A stretch of DNA of 64,000 bases from Escherichia coli (GTDB lineage Bacteria; Pseudomonadota; Gammaproteobacteria; Enterobacterales; Enterobacteriaceae), in the NCBI RefSeq assembly GCF_016903815.1, contig NZ_CP069973.1, one strand, 5' to 3'. The notes beneath the pieces were generated by a model. The model was not told the DNA's origin. It saw only the letters and a list, made by a program, of their open reading frames with translations, and did not search any database. Position 1 is the stretch's first letter; each line of letters opens with the position of its first letter. Positions 12,983-23,903 of this stretch are shown here, one piece after another. The translations under genes were made by a program, and so were the position numbers.

Positions 12983-14479
12983 TTAATCCTCTCGGGCAAA
13001 AAGTGCCTCTATAAAGTCGTCCGCCTTAAACGGACGCAAATCCTCAATACGTTCGCCGACACCAATGTAGCGGATAGGGATACCAAACTGGTCAGCCACC
13101 GAGAAAATTACCCCGCCTTTCGCCGTGCCGTCCAGTTTCGTTAGCGTGATGCCGGTTAAGCCAACGGCTTCATGGAACAGTTTGGCCTGGCTTACCGCGT
13201 TCTGCCCGGTGCTGGCATCGATAGTCAGCATAACTTCATGCGGCGCTTCAACGTCGAGTTTCTTCATCACGCGGACGATTTTCTTCAACTCTTCCATCAG
13301 GTGCGATTTGTTCTGCAGGCGTCCGGCGGTATCGGCAATCAGGACGTCGATATTACGCGCTTTAGCGGCCTGAATGGCGTCGAAGATAACAGAGGCGGAA
13401 TCCGCACCGGTATGCTGGGCAATCACCGGAATATTGTTGCGCTGACCCCAGACCTGAAGCTGTTCAACCGCTGCCGCACGGAAAGTATCGCCCGCCGCCA
13501 GCATCACCGATTTACCCTGCTGCTCAAACTGACGTGCCAGCTTACCAATCGTCGTGGTTTTACCCACACCGTTGACGCCCACCATCAGGATCACGAACGG
13601 CGTTTTACCTTCAACATTCAGCGGCTCATCGACTTTCGCCAGAATCTCGCCCATCTCTTCTTTCAGCAGGCCATAGAGCGCCTCGGCATCACGAAGCTGC
13701 TTGCGGGATGCGCCTTCAGTCAGATTGGTGATAATTTTACGTGTGGTTTCCACGCCCACATCGGCGATCAACAGCTGTTCTTCCAGCTCTTCAAACAGAT
13801 CATCGTCGATTTTTTTACCGCGGAACAGGCTGATAAATCCGGAACCAAGATTTTCTTTGGTTTTTAACAGGCTGCGTTTCAGGCGCGCGAAGAAACCTTC
13901 TTTGGTCGGTTTTTCCTGCTCCTGAGCGATTTCTTCCACCGGCTGCTCTTCTTCTGCCGGAGGAACCACCATCACCGCCTCTTCTGCCGCTTCGGCAGCC
14001 AGCGCCTGTGCTTCCAGCTCTTCATCGGTGATTTCTTCTTTAGCCGCTTCTTCTTCCGCCGCTTCGACAATCTCTACGGTTTCCGCTTCGGCCTGCCACT
14101 CTTCTGGCGAAACCTCTTCGGCGTTGACGTCTTCCGGCAACGGCAGCTCTTCACGCTCGATAGCTACTGGCTCCGGCGTTTCTTCTACGACCGGTTCCGG
14201 CTGTGCAACAACTTCCGCTTCAGGCTGCGCTTTTTCACTTTCAGCAACCTGTTCAGTGACTTCCACAACGTCGGCAGCAAAAGTTTCCGCCTCGGCTTCA
14301 GTATGCGCCTGCGGCTGCTCTTCAACGGCGTGTTCAGAAGCCTTCGCAGGCTCTTGCGCCGGAACGATTTCTTCTACAACCGGTTGTTCATTCTGAACTT
14401 CTGTCTCTTTTTCCGGGGTCTGCTCTTTTTGACCAAAGCCCAGCCAGGAAAAAAAGCCACGTTTTTTTTCTTTCGCCAT
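12983..14479 (-). CDS. ftsY: signal recognition particle receptor FtsY
   Basis: 498-aa track ORF with acidic N-terminal region and SRP-GTPase domain. Confidence 0.95.
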   Translation of the reverse strand: MAKEKKRGFFSWLGFGQKEQTPEKETEVQNEQPVVEEIVPAQEPAKASEHAVEEQPQAHTEAEAETFAADVVEVTEQVAESEKAQPEAEVVAQPEPVVEETPEPVAIEREELPLPEDVNAEEVSPEEWQAEAETVEIVEAAEEEAAKEEITDEELEAQALAAEAAEEAVMVVPPAEEEQPVEEIAQEQEKPTKEGFFARLKRSLLKTKENLGSGFISLFRGKKIDDDLFEELEEQLLIADVGVETTRKIITNLTEGASRKQLRDAEALYGLLKEEMGEILAKVDEPLNVEGKTPFVILMVGVNGVGKTTTIGKLARQFEQQGKSVMLAAGDTFRAAAVEQLQVWGQRNNIPVIAQHTGADSASVIFDAIQAAKARNIDVLIADTAGRLQNKSHLMEELKKIVRVMKKLDVEAPHEVMLTIDASTGQNAVSQAKLFHEAVGLTGITLTKLDGTAKGGVIFSVADQFGIPIRYIGVGERIEDLRPFKADDFIEALFARED

Positions 14480-14628
14480 TTGCGACTACACTCCTCGCTG
14501 TTGCTTCATGGCACAGCGTTAACGCTATGTACATAGCAGCTAAAAAAATGATGAAATAGTCTATCACTTAACTTAATTCACATCACCGCCTGCAAGTATG
14601 TGTTATCTGGCGGATTGAGCAATTTATC

Positions 14629-15225
14629 ATGAAAAAACCGAATCATTCCGGCAGCGGCCAAATCCGCATTATTGGCGGGCAGTGGCGAGGCCGTAAACTC
14701 CCGGTTCCTGATAGCCCAGGTCTGCGCCCCACCACCGATCGCGTACGCGAAACGTTGTTTAACTGGCTGGCTCCGGTCATTGTTGACGCCCAATGTCTGG
14801 ATTGCTTCGCCGGAAGCGGCGCGCTGGGGCTGGAAGCGTTATCGCGCTACGCTGCGGGGGCCACGTTGATTGAGATGGATCGCGTGGTTTCTCAGCAGTT
14901 AATTAAGAACCTGGCGACACTAAAAGCAGGCAATGCACGCGTGGTGAACAGCAACGCGATGTCATTCCTGGCGCAAAAAGGCACACCGCATAATATCGTG
15001 TTTGTCGATCCACCGTTCCGCCGTGGATTGTTAGAAGAGACGATAAATTTACTGGAAGATAACGGCTGGCTGGCTGACGAAGCCCTGATTTATGTCGAAA
15101 GCGAAGTCGAAAACGGTCTGCCCAACGTTCCGGCGAACTGGTCATTACATCGGGAAAAAGTGGCGGGTCAGGTGGCTTATCGGCTATATCAACGCGAAGC
15201 ACAAGGAGAAAGTGATGCTGATTAA
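14629..15225 (+). CDS. rsmD: 16S rRNA m2G966 methyltransferase RsmD
   Basis: 198-aa track ORF; divergent from ftsY. Confidence 0.9.
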   Translation: MKKPNHSGSGQIRIIGGQWRGRKLPVPDSPGLRPTTDRVRETLFNWLAPVIVDAQCLDCFAGSGALGLEALSRYAAGATLIEMDRVVSQQLIKNLATLKAGNARVVNSNAMSFLAQKGTPHNIVFVDPPFRRGLLEETINLLEDNGWLADEALIYVESEVENGLPNVPANWSLHREKVAGQVAYRLYQREAQGESDAD

Positions 15226-15484
15226 TATTGGACGTTTGTTAATGCTCTGCGTTTGGGGATTTTTAATCCTCAACCTGGTGCATCCCTTCCCGCGCCCGCT
15301 GAATATTTTCGTTAACGTGGCGCTGATTTTTACCGTGCTGATGCATGGTATGCAGCTGGCGCTATTGAAATCCACTTTACCGAAAGATGGCCCGCAGATG
15401 ACCACCGCCGAAAAGGTGCGGATTTTCCTTTTCGGCGTGTTTGAACTGCTGGTCTGGCAGAAGAAATTTAAAGTTAAAAAATAA
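15215..15484 (+). CDS. yhhL: small inner membrane protein YhhL (DUF1145)
   Basis: ATG at 15215 overlapping rsmD stop; MLINIGRLLMLCVWGF... 89 aa. Confidence 0.8.
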   Translation: MLINIGRLLMLCVWGFLILNLVHPFPRPLNIFVNVALIFTVLMHGMQLALLKSTLPKDGPQMTTAEKVRIFLFGVFELLVWQKKFKVKK

Positions 15485-15486
15485 CC

Positions 15487-15846
15487 TTATTGTTCGCCAA
15501 CAAAGCTAACAAAGCGCGTTCCTTTATAGCTCAGCGTACCTTTATCGCCCACTGTCAGGGCGTGGTACTGCTGGGCGTCGAGGCGAAACGTCTGCTCCAT
15601 TCCTCCGCTTTGCGGTTTGAAGCTTGCCTCATAGCGCATACTGGTGCCTGCCGGAGTCACTTCCTGCTGGCGCGAACGGCGATCGTTAATCGGTTTTTCC
15701 CGCTTGTTGCTCACCACCACCAGCTTTTGCTGGAGCGGTGCCATATCATTATCAGCTTTTTCCCGTCGCTGTTGCATAAAACGAAACGATGCGGCGACGA
15801 TGATTAAGCCAATGATAACAATAAAGAAAAGAGGTGGTTTGCTCAT
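15487..15846 (-). CDS. yhhM: uncharacterised protein YhhM
   Basis: 119-aa track ORF with N-terminal TM helix. Confidence 0.8.
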   Translation of the reverse strand: MSKPPLFFIVIIGLIIVAASFRFMQQRREKADNDMAPLQQKLVVVSNKREKPINDRRSRQQEVTPAGTSMRYEASFKPQSGGMEQTFRLDAQQYHALTVGDKGTLSYKGTRFVSFVGEQ

Positions 15847-15986
15847 CTTTATCCCTCATCGGAAAATGCGGAATTAAGCATACCCTGCCAGTTATGGTGT
15901 TGTCATCCGTCCACCCTCGCCACTAAACTGGAAGCAAGACCGTAGGCATTCCGCCTACGAAAAAATAACGAATTCAAGGAACTAAG

Positions 15987-16613
15987 ATGCTTTGGTCGTT
16001 TATCGCTGTCTGTCTTTCCGCATGGCTATCTGTGGATGCATCGTATCGTGGGCCAACCTGGCAACGCTGGGTGTTTAAACCGTTAACCCTTCTTCTCCTG
16101 TTGTTACTGGCCTGGCAAGCGCCGATGTTCGACGCCATTAGCTATCTGGTGCTGGCGGGGCTGTGCGCCTCACTGCTGGGCGATGCGCTAACCCTGTTGC
16201 CACGTCAACGTCTGATGTACGCCATCGGCGCGTTTTTCCTCTCGCACCTGCTGTACACCATCTATTTCGCCAGTCAGATGACGCTCTCTTTCTTCTGGCC
16301 TCTGCCGTTGGTACTGCTGGTTCTGGGCGCGCTGTTACTGGCGATTATCTGGACGCGTCTGGAAGAGTATCGTTGGCCTATCTGCACGTTTATCGGCATG
16401 ACGCTGGTGATGGTGTGGCTGGCAGGTGAACTGTGGTTCTTCCGTCCGACCGCTCCGGCGCTCTCTGCGTTTGTCGGCGCTTCGTTGCTATTTATCAGTA
16501 ACTTTGTCTGGCTGGGTAGTCACTATCGCCGACGCTTCCGGGCAGATAACGCGATTGCTGCGGCCTGCTACTTTGCCGGTCATTTCCTCATCGTCCGCTC
16601 GCTGTATCTCTGA
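15987..16613 (+). CDS. yhhN: inner membrane protein YhhN
   Basis: 208-aa track ORF, polytopic membrane protein. Confidence 0.85.
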
Positions 16614-16619
16614 TAAAAC

Positions 16620-16651
16620 TTGACTCTGGAGTCGACTCCAGAGTGTATCCT
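16620..16651 (+). promoter_or_regulatory. zntA promoter with ZntR (MerR-family) operator
   Basis: -35 TTGACT (16620-16625), perfect palindrome actctggagtcgactccagagt (16623-16644), 20-bp spacer typical of MerR promoters, -10 tatcct. Confidence 0.8.
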
Positions 16652-16686
16652 TCGGTTAATGAGAAAAAACTTAACCGGAGGATGCC

Positions 16687-18885
16687 ATGTCGACTCCTGA
16701 CAATCACGGCAAGAAAGCCCCTCACTTTGCTGCGTTCAAACCGCTAACCACGGTACAGAACGCCAACGACTGTTGCTGCGACGGCGCATGTTCCAGCACG
16801 CCAACGCTCTCTGAAAACGTCTCCGGCACCCGCTATAGCTGGAAAGTCAGCGGCATGGACTGCGCCGCCTGTGCGCGCAAGGTAGAAAATGCCGTGCGCC
16901 AGCTTGCAGGCGTGAATCAGGTGCAGGTGTTGTTCGCCACCGAAAAACTGGTGGTCGATGCCGACAATGACATCCGTGCCCAGGTTGAATCTGCGGTGCA
17001 AAAAGCGGGCTATTCCCTGCGCGATGAACAGGCCGCCGACGAACCGCAAACATCACGCCTGAAAGAGAATTTGCCGCTGATTACGCTAATCGTGATGATG
17101 GCAATCAGCTGGGGTCTGGAGCAGTTTAATCATCCGTTCGGGCAACTGGCGTTTATCGCGACCACGCTGGTTGGGCTGTACCCGATTGCTCGTCAGGCAT
17201 TACGGCTGATCAAATCCGGCAGCTACTTCGCTATTGAAACCTTAATGAGCGTAGCCGCTATTGGTGCGCTGTTTATTGGCGCAACGGCTGAAGCTGCGAT
17301 GGTGTTGCTGCTGTTTTTGATTGGTGAACGACTGGAAGGCTGGGCCGCCAGCCGCGCGCGTCAGGGCGTTAGCGCGTTAATGGCGCTGAAACCAGAAACC
17401 GCCACGCGCCTGCGTAACGGTGAGCGGGAAGAGGTGGCGATTAACAGCCTGCGCCCTGGCGATGTGATTGAAGTCGCCGCAGGTGGACGTTTGCCTGCCG
17501 ACGGTAAACTGCTCTCACCGTTTGCCAGTTTTGATGAAAGCGCCCTGACCGGCGAATCCATTCCGGTGGAGCGCGCAACGGGCGATAAAGTCCCTGCTGG
17601 TGCCACCAGCGTAGACCGTCTGGTAACGCTGGAAGTGCTGTCAGAACCGGGTGCCAGCGCCATTGACCGGATTCTGAAACTGATCGAAGAAGCCGAAGAG
17701 CGTCGCGCACCCATTGAGCGGTTTATCGACCGTTTCAGCCGTATCTATACGCCCGCGATTATGGCCGTCGCTCTGCTGGTGACGCTGGTGCCACCGCTGC
17801 TGTTTGCCGCCAGCTGGCAGGAGTGGATTTATAAAGGGCTGACGCTGCTGCTGATTGGCTGCCCGTGTGCGTTAGTTATCTCAACGCCTGCGGCGATTAC
17901 CTCCGGGCTGGCAGCAGCAGCGCGTCGTGGGGCGTTAATTAAAGGCGGAGCGGCGCTGGAACAACTGGGTCGTGTTACCCAGGTGGCGTTTGATAAAACC
18001 GGTACGCTGACCGTCGGTAAACCGCGCGTTACCGCGATTCATCCGGCAACGGGTATTAGTGAATCCGAACTGCTGACACTGGCAGCGGCGGTCGAGCAAG
18101 GCGCGACGCATCCACTGGCGCAAGCCATTGTGCGCGAAGCACAGGTTGCTGAACTCGCCATTCCCGCCGCCCAATCACAGCGGGCGCTGGTTGGGTCTGG
18201 CATTGAAGCGCAGGTTAACGGTGAGCGCGTGTTGATATGCGCTGCCGGAAAACATCCGGCTGTTGCATTTGCTGGTTTGATTAATGAACTGGAAAGCGCC
18301 GGGCAAACGGTAGTGCTGGTAGTGCGTAACGATGACGTGCTTGGCGTAATTGCATTGCAGGATACCCTACGCGCCGATGCTGCAACTGCCATCAGTGAAC
18401 TGAACGCGCTGGGAGTTAAAGGAGTGATCCTCACCGGCGATAATCCACGCGCAGCGGCGGCAATCGCCGGGGAACTGGGGCTGGAATTTAAAGCGGGCCT
18501 CTTGCCGGAAGATAAAGTCAAAGCGGTGACCGAGCTGAATCAACATGCGCCGCTGGCGATGGTCGGTGATGGTATTAACGACGCGCCAGCGATGAAAGCT
18601 GCCGCCATCGGGATTGCAATGGGTAGCGGCACAGACGTGGCGCTGGAAACCGCCGATGCAGCATTAACCCATAACCACCTGCGCGGCCTGGTGCAAATGA
18701 TTGAACTGGCACGCGCCACTCACGCCAATATCCGCCAGAACATCACTATTGCGCTGGGGCTGAAGGGCGTTTTCCTCGTCACGACGCTGTTAGGGATGAC
18801 CGGACTGTGGCTGGCAGTGCTGGCAGATACCGGTGCGACGGTGCTGGTGACGGCGAATGCGTTAAGGCTGTTGCGCAGAAAATAA
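16687..18885 (+). CDS. zntA: Zn/Cd/Pb-translocating P-type ATPase ZntA
   Basis: 732-aa track ORF; GMDCAAC metal-binding motif, CPC, DKTGTLT. Confidence 0.97.
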   Translation: MSTPDNHGKKAPHFAAFKPLTTVQNANDCCCDGACSSTPTLSENVSGTRYSWKVSGMDCAACARKVENAVRQLAGVNQVQVLFATEKLVVDADNDIRAQVESAVQKAGYSLRDEQAADEPQTSRLKENLPLITLIVMMAISWGLEQFNHPFGQLAFIATTLVGLYPIARQALRLIKSGSYFAIETLMSVAAIGALFIGATAEAAMVLLLFLIGERLEGWAASRARQGVSALMALKPETATRLRNGEREEVAINSLRPGDVIEVAAGGRLPADGKLLSPFASFDESALTGESIPVERATGDKVPAGATSVDRLVTLEVLSEPGASAIDRILKLIEEAEERRAPIERFIDRFSRIYTPAIMAVALLVTLVPPLLFAASWQEWIYKGLTLLLIGCPCALVISTPAAITSGLAAAARRGALIKGGAALEQLGRVTQVAFDKTGTLTVGKPRVTAIHPATGISESELLTLAAAVEQGATHPLAQAIVREAQVAELAIPAAQSQRALVGSGIEAQVNGERVLICAAGKHPAVAFAGLINELESAGQTVVLVVRNDDVLGVIALQDTLRADAATAISELNALGVKGVILTGDNPRAAAAIAGELGLEFKAGLLPEDKVKAVTELNQHAPLAMVGDGINDAPAMKAAAIGIAMGSGTDVALETADAALTHNHLRGLVQMIELARATHANIRQNITIALGLKGVFLVTTLLGMTGLWLAVLADTGATVLVTANALRLLRRK

Positions 18886-18987
18886 GGCAAACCGATCGCA
18901 ACATTGAGCGCGATCGGTCCCCTCGCTCCTCTGGGGAGAGGGTTAGGGTGAGGGGGAAAAGGCGGCATCGAAGCCAATCTTCCCCCA

Positions 18988-19233
18988 TCAACCGCCTTTA
19001 CGAATCAAATAACGATAAGGCAGTCCATCCGTCTCTTTAGCAACCAGTTCGTGTTCCATAAAGGTACAAAACCCAGGAATATCGCGGGTCGTCGCCGGAT
19101 CGTCAGCAATAATCAGCAACGTTTCACCTGGCTGCATATTGCGCACTGTTTTGCGCACCATCATTACTGGTTCCGGGCAGCGCAGGCCAAGTGCGTCGAG
19201 TGTGTGGTCAGGGCAGGAAAAGAGATCGGTCAT
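18988..19233 (-). CDS. tusA: sulfur carrier protein TusA
   Basis: 81-aa track ORF with CPxP motif (LRCPEPVM). Confidence 0.93.
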   Translation of the reverse strand: MTDLFSCPDHTLDALGLRCPEPVMMVRKTVRNMQPGETLLIIADDPATTRDIPGFCTFMEHELVAKETDGLPYRYLIRKGG

Positions 19234-19453
19234 TTTCTTCTCATCACATAAAAAAACGGCGCTAGTTTACGCCCTGTGAGTCCGTAAGCAAACCAGGTTA
19301 ACGATTGCGTGAAAATCAACCATTGCATTGTCAACGTAAAGCAGTATCATGCGGCGGCTCGAAAAAAGGGTAAGCACGTTATTATGTTAAGGTAACAGAC
19401 GTGTCGTACATATTGGGTTCCCTCACCCCAATGGTTAATCAAAAAGGTACAAT

Positions 19454-20119
19454 ATGAACGTTTTCTCGCAAACTCAACGCTATAAGGCGTTGTTCTGGTT
19501 GTCGTTATTTCATCTGCTGGTGATCACCTCCAGTAACTATCTGGTTCAGCTTCCGGTCTCCATTTTTGGTTTCCATACCACCTGGGGCGCATTTAGCTTT
19601 CCGTTTATTTTCCTTGCTACCGACCTGACCGTGCGTATTTTTGGCGCACCGCTGGCCCGTCGTATCATCTTTGCGGTGATGATCCCGGCGTTGCTGATCT
19701 CCTATGTCATCTCGTCGCTGTTCTATATGGGCTCCTGGCAGGGATTCGGCGCACTCGCTCACTTCAACCTGTTTGTCGCCCGTATCGCCACCGCCAGTTT
19801 CATGGCCTACGCGCTGGGCCAGATCCTCGACGTGCACGTTTTTAACCGCCTGCGTCAGAGTCGCCGCTGGTGGCTGGCACCGACAGCGTCCACACTGTTC
19901 GGTAACGTCAGCGACACACTGGCCTTCTTCTTCATTGCCTTCTGGCGTAGCCCCGATGCCTTTATGGCTGAACACTGGATGGAAATCGCGCTGGTCGATT
20001 ACTGTTTCAAAGTGTTAATCAGTATCGTTTTCTTCCTGCCAATGTATGGCGTATTACTCAATATGCTGTTGAAAAGACTGGCAGATAAATCTGAAATCAA
20101 CGCTTTGCAGGCGAGTTAA
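19454..20119 (+). CDS. yhhQ: queuosine-precursor transporter family inner membrane protein YhhQ
   Basis: 221-aa track ORF, membrane protein. Confidence 0.88.
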   Translation: MNVFSQTQRYKALFWLSLFHLLVITSSNYLVQLPVSIFGFHTTWGAFSFPFIFLATDLTVRIFGAPLARRIIFAVMIPALLISYVISSLFYMGSWQGFGALAHFNLFVARIATASFMAYALGQILDVHVFNRLRQSRRWWLAPTASTLFGNVSDTLAFFFIAFWRSPDAFMAEHWMEIALVDYCFKVLISIVFFLPMYGVLLNMLLKRLADKSEINALQAS

Positions 20120-20191
20120 AGGTTCGTTATCAGAGTTGTGATAAGATGGATGAATGAGCCGTTATGGCCGTTTATCGAAAGGAAGAAGTCA

Positions 20192-20749
20192 ATGCGCAAT
20201 CTGGTTAAATATGTCGGAATTGGCCTGCTGGTTATGGGGCTTGCGGCCTGTGATGATAAAGACACTAACGCTACGGCGCAGGGTTCGGTCGCGGAAAGTA
20301 ACGCTACCGGGAATCCCGTCAACCTGCTTGATGGCAAGTTAAGTTTCTCGCTGCCAGCGGATATGACCGACCAGAGCGGTAAGCTGGGAACGCAGGCCAA
20401 TAACATGCATGTCTGGTCCGACGCCACCGGGCAGAAAGCAGTCATCGTCATCATGGGCGATGACCCGAAAGAAGATCTGGCGGTGCTGGCGAAGCGTCTG
20501 GAAGATCAGCAACGTAGTCGCGATCCGCAGCTGCAAGTGGTAACCAATAAAGCCATTGAGCTGAAAGGTCACAAAATGCAGCAGTTAGACAGCATTATCT
20601 CCGCGAAAGGCCAGACGGCGTACTCTTCCGTTATTCTGGGTAACGTGGGTAATCAACTGCTGACCATGCAAATTACGCTGCCCGCTGACGATCAGCAAAA
20701 AGCGCAGACCACCGCAGAAAACATCATTAATACGCTGGTTATTCAGTAA
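20192..20749 (+). CDS. dcrB: periplasmic lipoprotein DcrB
   Basis: Track ORF 20138..20749 trimmed to [20 protein letters not shown] (lipobox), 185 aa. Confidence 0.85.
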
Positions 20750-20752
20750 GTT

Positions 20753-21970
20753 TTAAGATGATGAGGCGGCCTCAGGGACGTGTTCCGGAGGCCGTTTTTT
20801 TAATCGCCACGTCAGTAATAACGCGATTGCGACCAGTCCCGCCGCCGCCAGATAAATCACCGGTACGCCCGCCCAGCTCATCACCAGCCCAGCCAGTGGT
20901 CCGGTCACGCCAAGCGATAAATCCATAAATACGGTGTAGGTTGCCAGCGCCGCCCCCTGATTTTGCTGTGGAACCGCTTTTACCGCCACTACGCCCAATG
21001 CCGGGAACACTAGCGAAAACCCTGCCCCCGCCAGTAAGACGCCGATTTTCGCCATCCACGGCATAGTCGCCACGCCAACCAATAGCAGGCCGATTATCTC
21101 AACGCTAAAGCAAATCATCGCCACGTTTAAGCCGCCGATACGGTTAATGCCATTAGGGAATAACAAACGCGTACCGACAAACGCACAGCTAAACAGCGTC
21201 AGCGCGAAAGCCGCACCGTCCCAACCTTTAGCGTCATAAAACAGCGTGATAAAGGTGGCAATAACGCCAAATCCGGCGGAAGCCAGTGCCAGCGCCATGC
21301 CGTACAGCCAGACGCGCCCAAGCACCGCGCGAAACGGCAGCGGTTTGCCTTTACTGGCTTTTACCGTCGGACGCGGGATCGCCAACAAAATGGCCACCAG
21401 CGCCACGCCCATGATGATTAACGCTAACGCCTGCAAGCCGCCCCAGTGATAAAACACGACACCTAACGGCGCACCCATCGCCATCGCCCCGTAAGTGACA
21501 ATGCCGTTCCACGAAATCACCCGCCCGATATGCAGCGAACCAACCACGCCAACGCCCCATAGGGTCGATCCCGTTCCGGCAAAACTTTGCCCAATCCCAA
21601 GGATCACGCGCCCCAGGCACAGTAATAACAGGCTGATGACGGGCAGACTGGCGGTTAATCCTGCCGTCAGATACCCCAGACCGCTCAAAAAGCAGCCGCA
21701 TAAACCGAAGACGACAATCTTTTTGGGTCCCAGCAAATCGGCGTAACGTCCGGCATGAGGGCGGCTCAGCAAGGTGGCGAAATATTGCAGGCTGATAACC
21801 AATCCTGCCCAGAAAGCGCTAAAGCCCATCACATCATGGACATAGCCCGGTAATACAGCGAGCGGCAACCCGATGGTGAGGTAGCTGGCGAAGTTAAACA
21901 TGACAATGGAGACAATGCGCAAATTCAGGCGCAATCCGTTTAGCGCGGGTTCGGCTACGGGTTCGGGCAT
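20753..21970 (-). CDS. yhhS: MFS transporter YhhS
   Basis: Track ORF 20753..22012 trimmed to MPEPVAEP... (405 aa). Confidence 0.87.
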   Translation of the reverse strand: MPEPVAEPALNGLRLNLRIVSIVMFNFASYLTIGLPLAVLPGYVHDVMGFSAFWAGLVISLQYFATLLSRPHAGRYADLLGPKKIVVFGLCGCFLSGLGYLTAGLTASLPVISLLLLCLGRVILGIGQSFAGTGSTLWGVGVVGSLHIGRVISWNGIVTYGAMAMGAPLGVVFYHWGGLQALALIIMGVALVAILLAIPRPTVKASKGKPLPFRAVLGRVWLYGMALALASAGFGVIATFITLFYDAKGWDGAAFALTLFSCAFVGTRLLFPNGINRIGGLNVAMICFSVEIIGLLLVGVATMPWMAKIGVLLAGAGFSLVFPALGVVAVKAVPQQNQGAALATYTVFMDLSLGVTGPLAGLVMSWAGVPVIYLAAAGLVAIALLLTWRLKKRPPEHVPEAASSS

Positions 21971-22101
21971 GAGGATCACCACATTTTTACAACAGTGTTT
22001 CATTTTTACCACGTGCTGACGTGAAAATCAGCAGTAAGAATCAGAATATTGCTGGCGTGACTCCCGCTACACTTAATACAAAAAGTCACAAGGAAGCCCC
22101 A

Positions 22102-23151
22102 ATGGAAACCCCTCAACCCGATAAAACGGGCATGCACATTCTGCTCAAGCTGGCCTCGCTGGTAGTGATCCTCGCGGGCATTCACGCAGCGGCAGATATC
22201 ATTGTGCAGCTGTTACTGGCGCTGTTTTTTGCCATCGTCCTCAACCCGCTCGTTACCTGGTTTATTCGTCGGGGAGTACAACGCCCCGTTGCCATTACGA
22301 TTGTGGTGGTGGTGATGCTGATCGCACTCACCGCGCTGGTCGGCGTACTGGCGGCATCGTTTAACGAATTTATCTCTATGCTGCCGAAGTTTAATAAGGA
22401 GCTGACGCGCAAACTTTTTAAATTGCAGGAGATGTTGCCTTTTCTTAATTTGCATATATCGCCGGAGCGAATACTGCAGCGGATGGACTCGGAAAAAGTG
22501 GTTACCTTCACCACGGCGCTAATGACCGGGCTTTCCGGGGCAATGGCGAGCGTGCTTTTGCTGGTGATGACCGTAGTTTTCATGCTGTTTGAAGTGCGCC
22601 ACGTCCCTTACAAAATGCGTTTTGCGCTAAATAACCCACAGATTCACATCGCGGGATTACACCGCGCACTTAAAGGCGTTTCGCATTATCTGGCGTTAAA
22701 GACGTTACTCAGTTTATGGACAGGTGTCATCGTCTGGCTGGGGCTGGAGCTGATGGGGGTGCAGTTTGCGCTGATGTGGGCAGTACTGGCGTTTTTGCTC
22801 AACTACGTGCCCAATATCGGCGCGGTAATTTCCGCCGTACCGCCAATGATTCAGGTGCTGCTGTTTAATGGTATTTACGAATGTATTCTGGTCGGCGCAT
22901 TGTTTTTAGTTGTCCATATGGTCATCGGCAATATTTTAGAACCACGGATGATGGGCCATCGCCTGGGGATGTCCACCATGGTGGTATTTCTTTCATTGTT
23001 AATTTGGGGATGGCTGCTCGGCCCGGTAGGGATGCTACTTTCGGTGCCATTAACCAGCGTGTGTAAAATCTGGATGGAAACCACCAAAGGCGGTAGCAAA
23101 CTGGCGATTTTACTGGGACCAGGCAGACCGAAAAGTCGGTTACCGGGATGA
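22102..23151 (+). CDS. yhhT: AI-2E family transporter YhhT
   Basis: Track ORF 22021..23151 trimmed to METPQPDKTG... (349 aa). Confidence 0.85.
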   Translation: METPQPDKTGMHILLKLASLVVILAGIHAAADIIVQLLLALFFAIVLNPLVTWFIRRGVQRPVAITIVVVVMLIALTALVGVLAASFNEFISMLPKFNKELTRKLFKLQEMLPFLNLHISPERILQRMDSEKVVTFTTALMTGLSGAMASVLLLVMTVVFMLFEVRHVPYKMRFALNNPQIHIAGLHRALKGVSHYLALKTLLSLWTGVIVWLGLELMGVQFALMWAVLAFLLNYVPNIGAVISAVPPMIQVLLFNGIYECILVGALFLVVHMVIGNILEPRMMGHRLGMSTMVVFLSLLIWGWLLGPVGMLLSVPLTSVCKIWMETTKGGSKLAILLGPGRPKSRLPG

Positions 23152-23205
23152 GGCGACAAGTGTTACGATACGCACTTTCATTTTCCATTAAACGTTGGCC
23201 CTGAT

Positions 23206-23793
23206 ATGTATCGGATAGTTCTGGGGAAAGTTTCGACCTTAAGCGCAGCTCCTCTGCCACCGGGTTTACGCGAGCAAGCACCGCAAGGTCCACGACGTGA
23301 ACGCTGGCTGGCGGGGCGTGCATTGCTTTCGCACACGCTTTCCCCGCTACCGGAGATCATCTATGGCGAACAAGGCAAACCGGCATTCGCGCCGGAAACG
23401 CCGCTATGGTTCAACTTAAGCCATAGCGGTGACGATATAGCCCTGCTGTTGAGCGATGAAGGCGAAGTCGGCTGCGATATCGAAGTGATTCGCCCGCGCG
23501 CCAACTGGCGCTGGCTGGCGAACGCCGTGTTCAGCCTCGGGGAACACGCTGAGATGGACGCCGTGCATCCTGATCAGCAACTGGAAATGTTCTGGCGCAT
23601 CTGGACGCGCAAAGAAGCCATCGTTAAACAGCGTGGCGGCAGCGCCTGGCAAATCGTCAGCGTAGACAGCACCTATAACTCCTCGCTGTCAGTCAGCCAT
23701 TGTCAGCTGGAAAATTTAAGCCTGGCGATCTGCACCCCTACCCCCTTTACGCTCACCGCCGACAGTGTGCAATGGATCGATTCAGTTAACTGA
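23206..23793 (+). CDS. acpT: 4'-phosphopantetheinyl transferase AcpT
   Basis: 195-aa track ORF. Confidence 0.85.
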   Translation: MYRIVLGKVSTLSAAPLPPGLREQAPQGPRRERWLAGRALLSHTLSPLPEIIYGEQGKPAFAPETPLWFNLSHSGDDIALLLSDEGEVGCDIEVIRPRANWRWLANAVFSLGEHAEMDAVHPDQQLEMFWRIWTRKEAIVKQRGGSAWQIVSVDSTYNSSLSVSHCQLENLSLAICTPTPFTLTADSVQWIDSVN

Positions 23794-23838
23794 TCCGCCC
23801 ACCCGACTGCCCATCTATTGATCCAGAACAGGTAATCA

Positions 23839-23866
23839 GTATGACGAATACTTAAAATCGTCATAC
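23839..23866. promoter_or_regulatory. NikR operator upstream of nikA
   Basis: Perfect GTATGA-N16-TCATAC palindrome gtatgacgaatacttaaaatcgtcatac read from sequence. Confidence 0.85.
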
Positions 23867-23903
23867 TTATTTCCGCCATCTATTTTAATCCATTGGGGTT
23901 ACC

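Noticed and set aside
13900-14400. Repetitive acidic sequence at the 5' end of ftsY
   Set aside because: This is the coding low-complexity acidic N-terminal domain of FtsY, not a repeat element
18890-18960. Inverted repeats (ccgatcgc...gcgatcgg and cccctc...gagggg) after zntA as a mobile-element end
   Set aside because: Short, no flanking duplication or transposase; more likely terminator or REP-like structure between convergent zntA and tusA
23818-23831. FNR half-site-like TTGATccagAACAG upstream of nikA
   Set aside because: Only one half matches the TTGAT-N4-ATCAA consensus well; too weak to call from sequence alone
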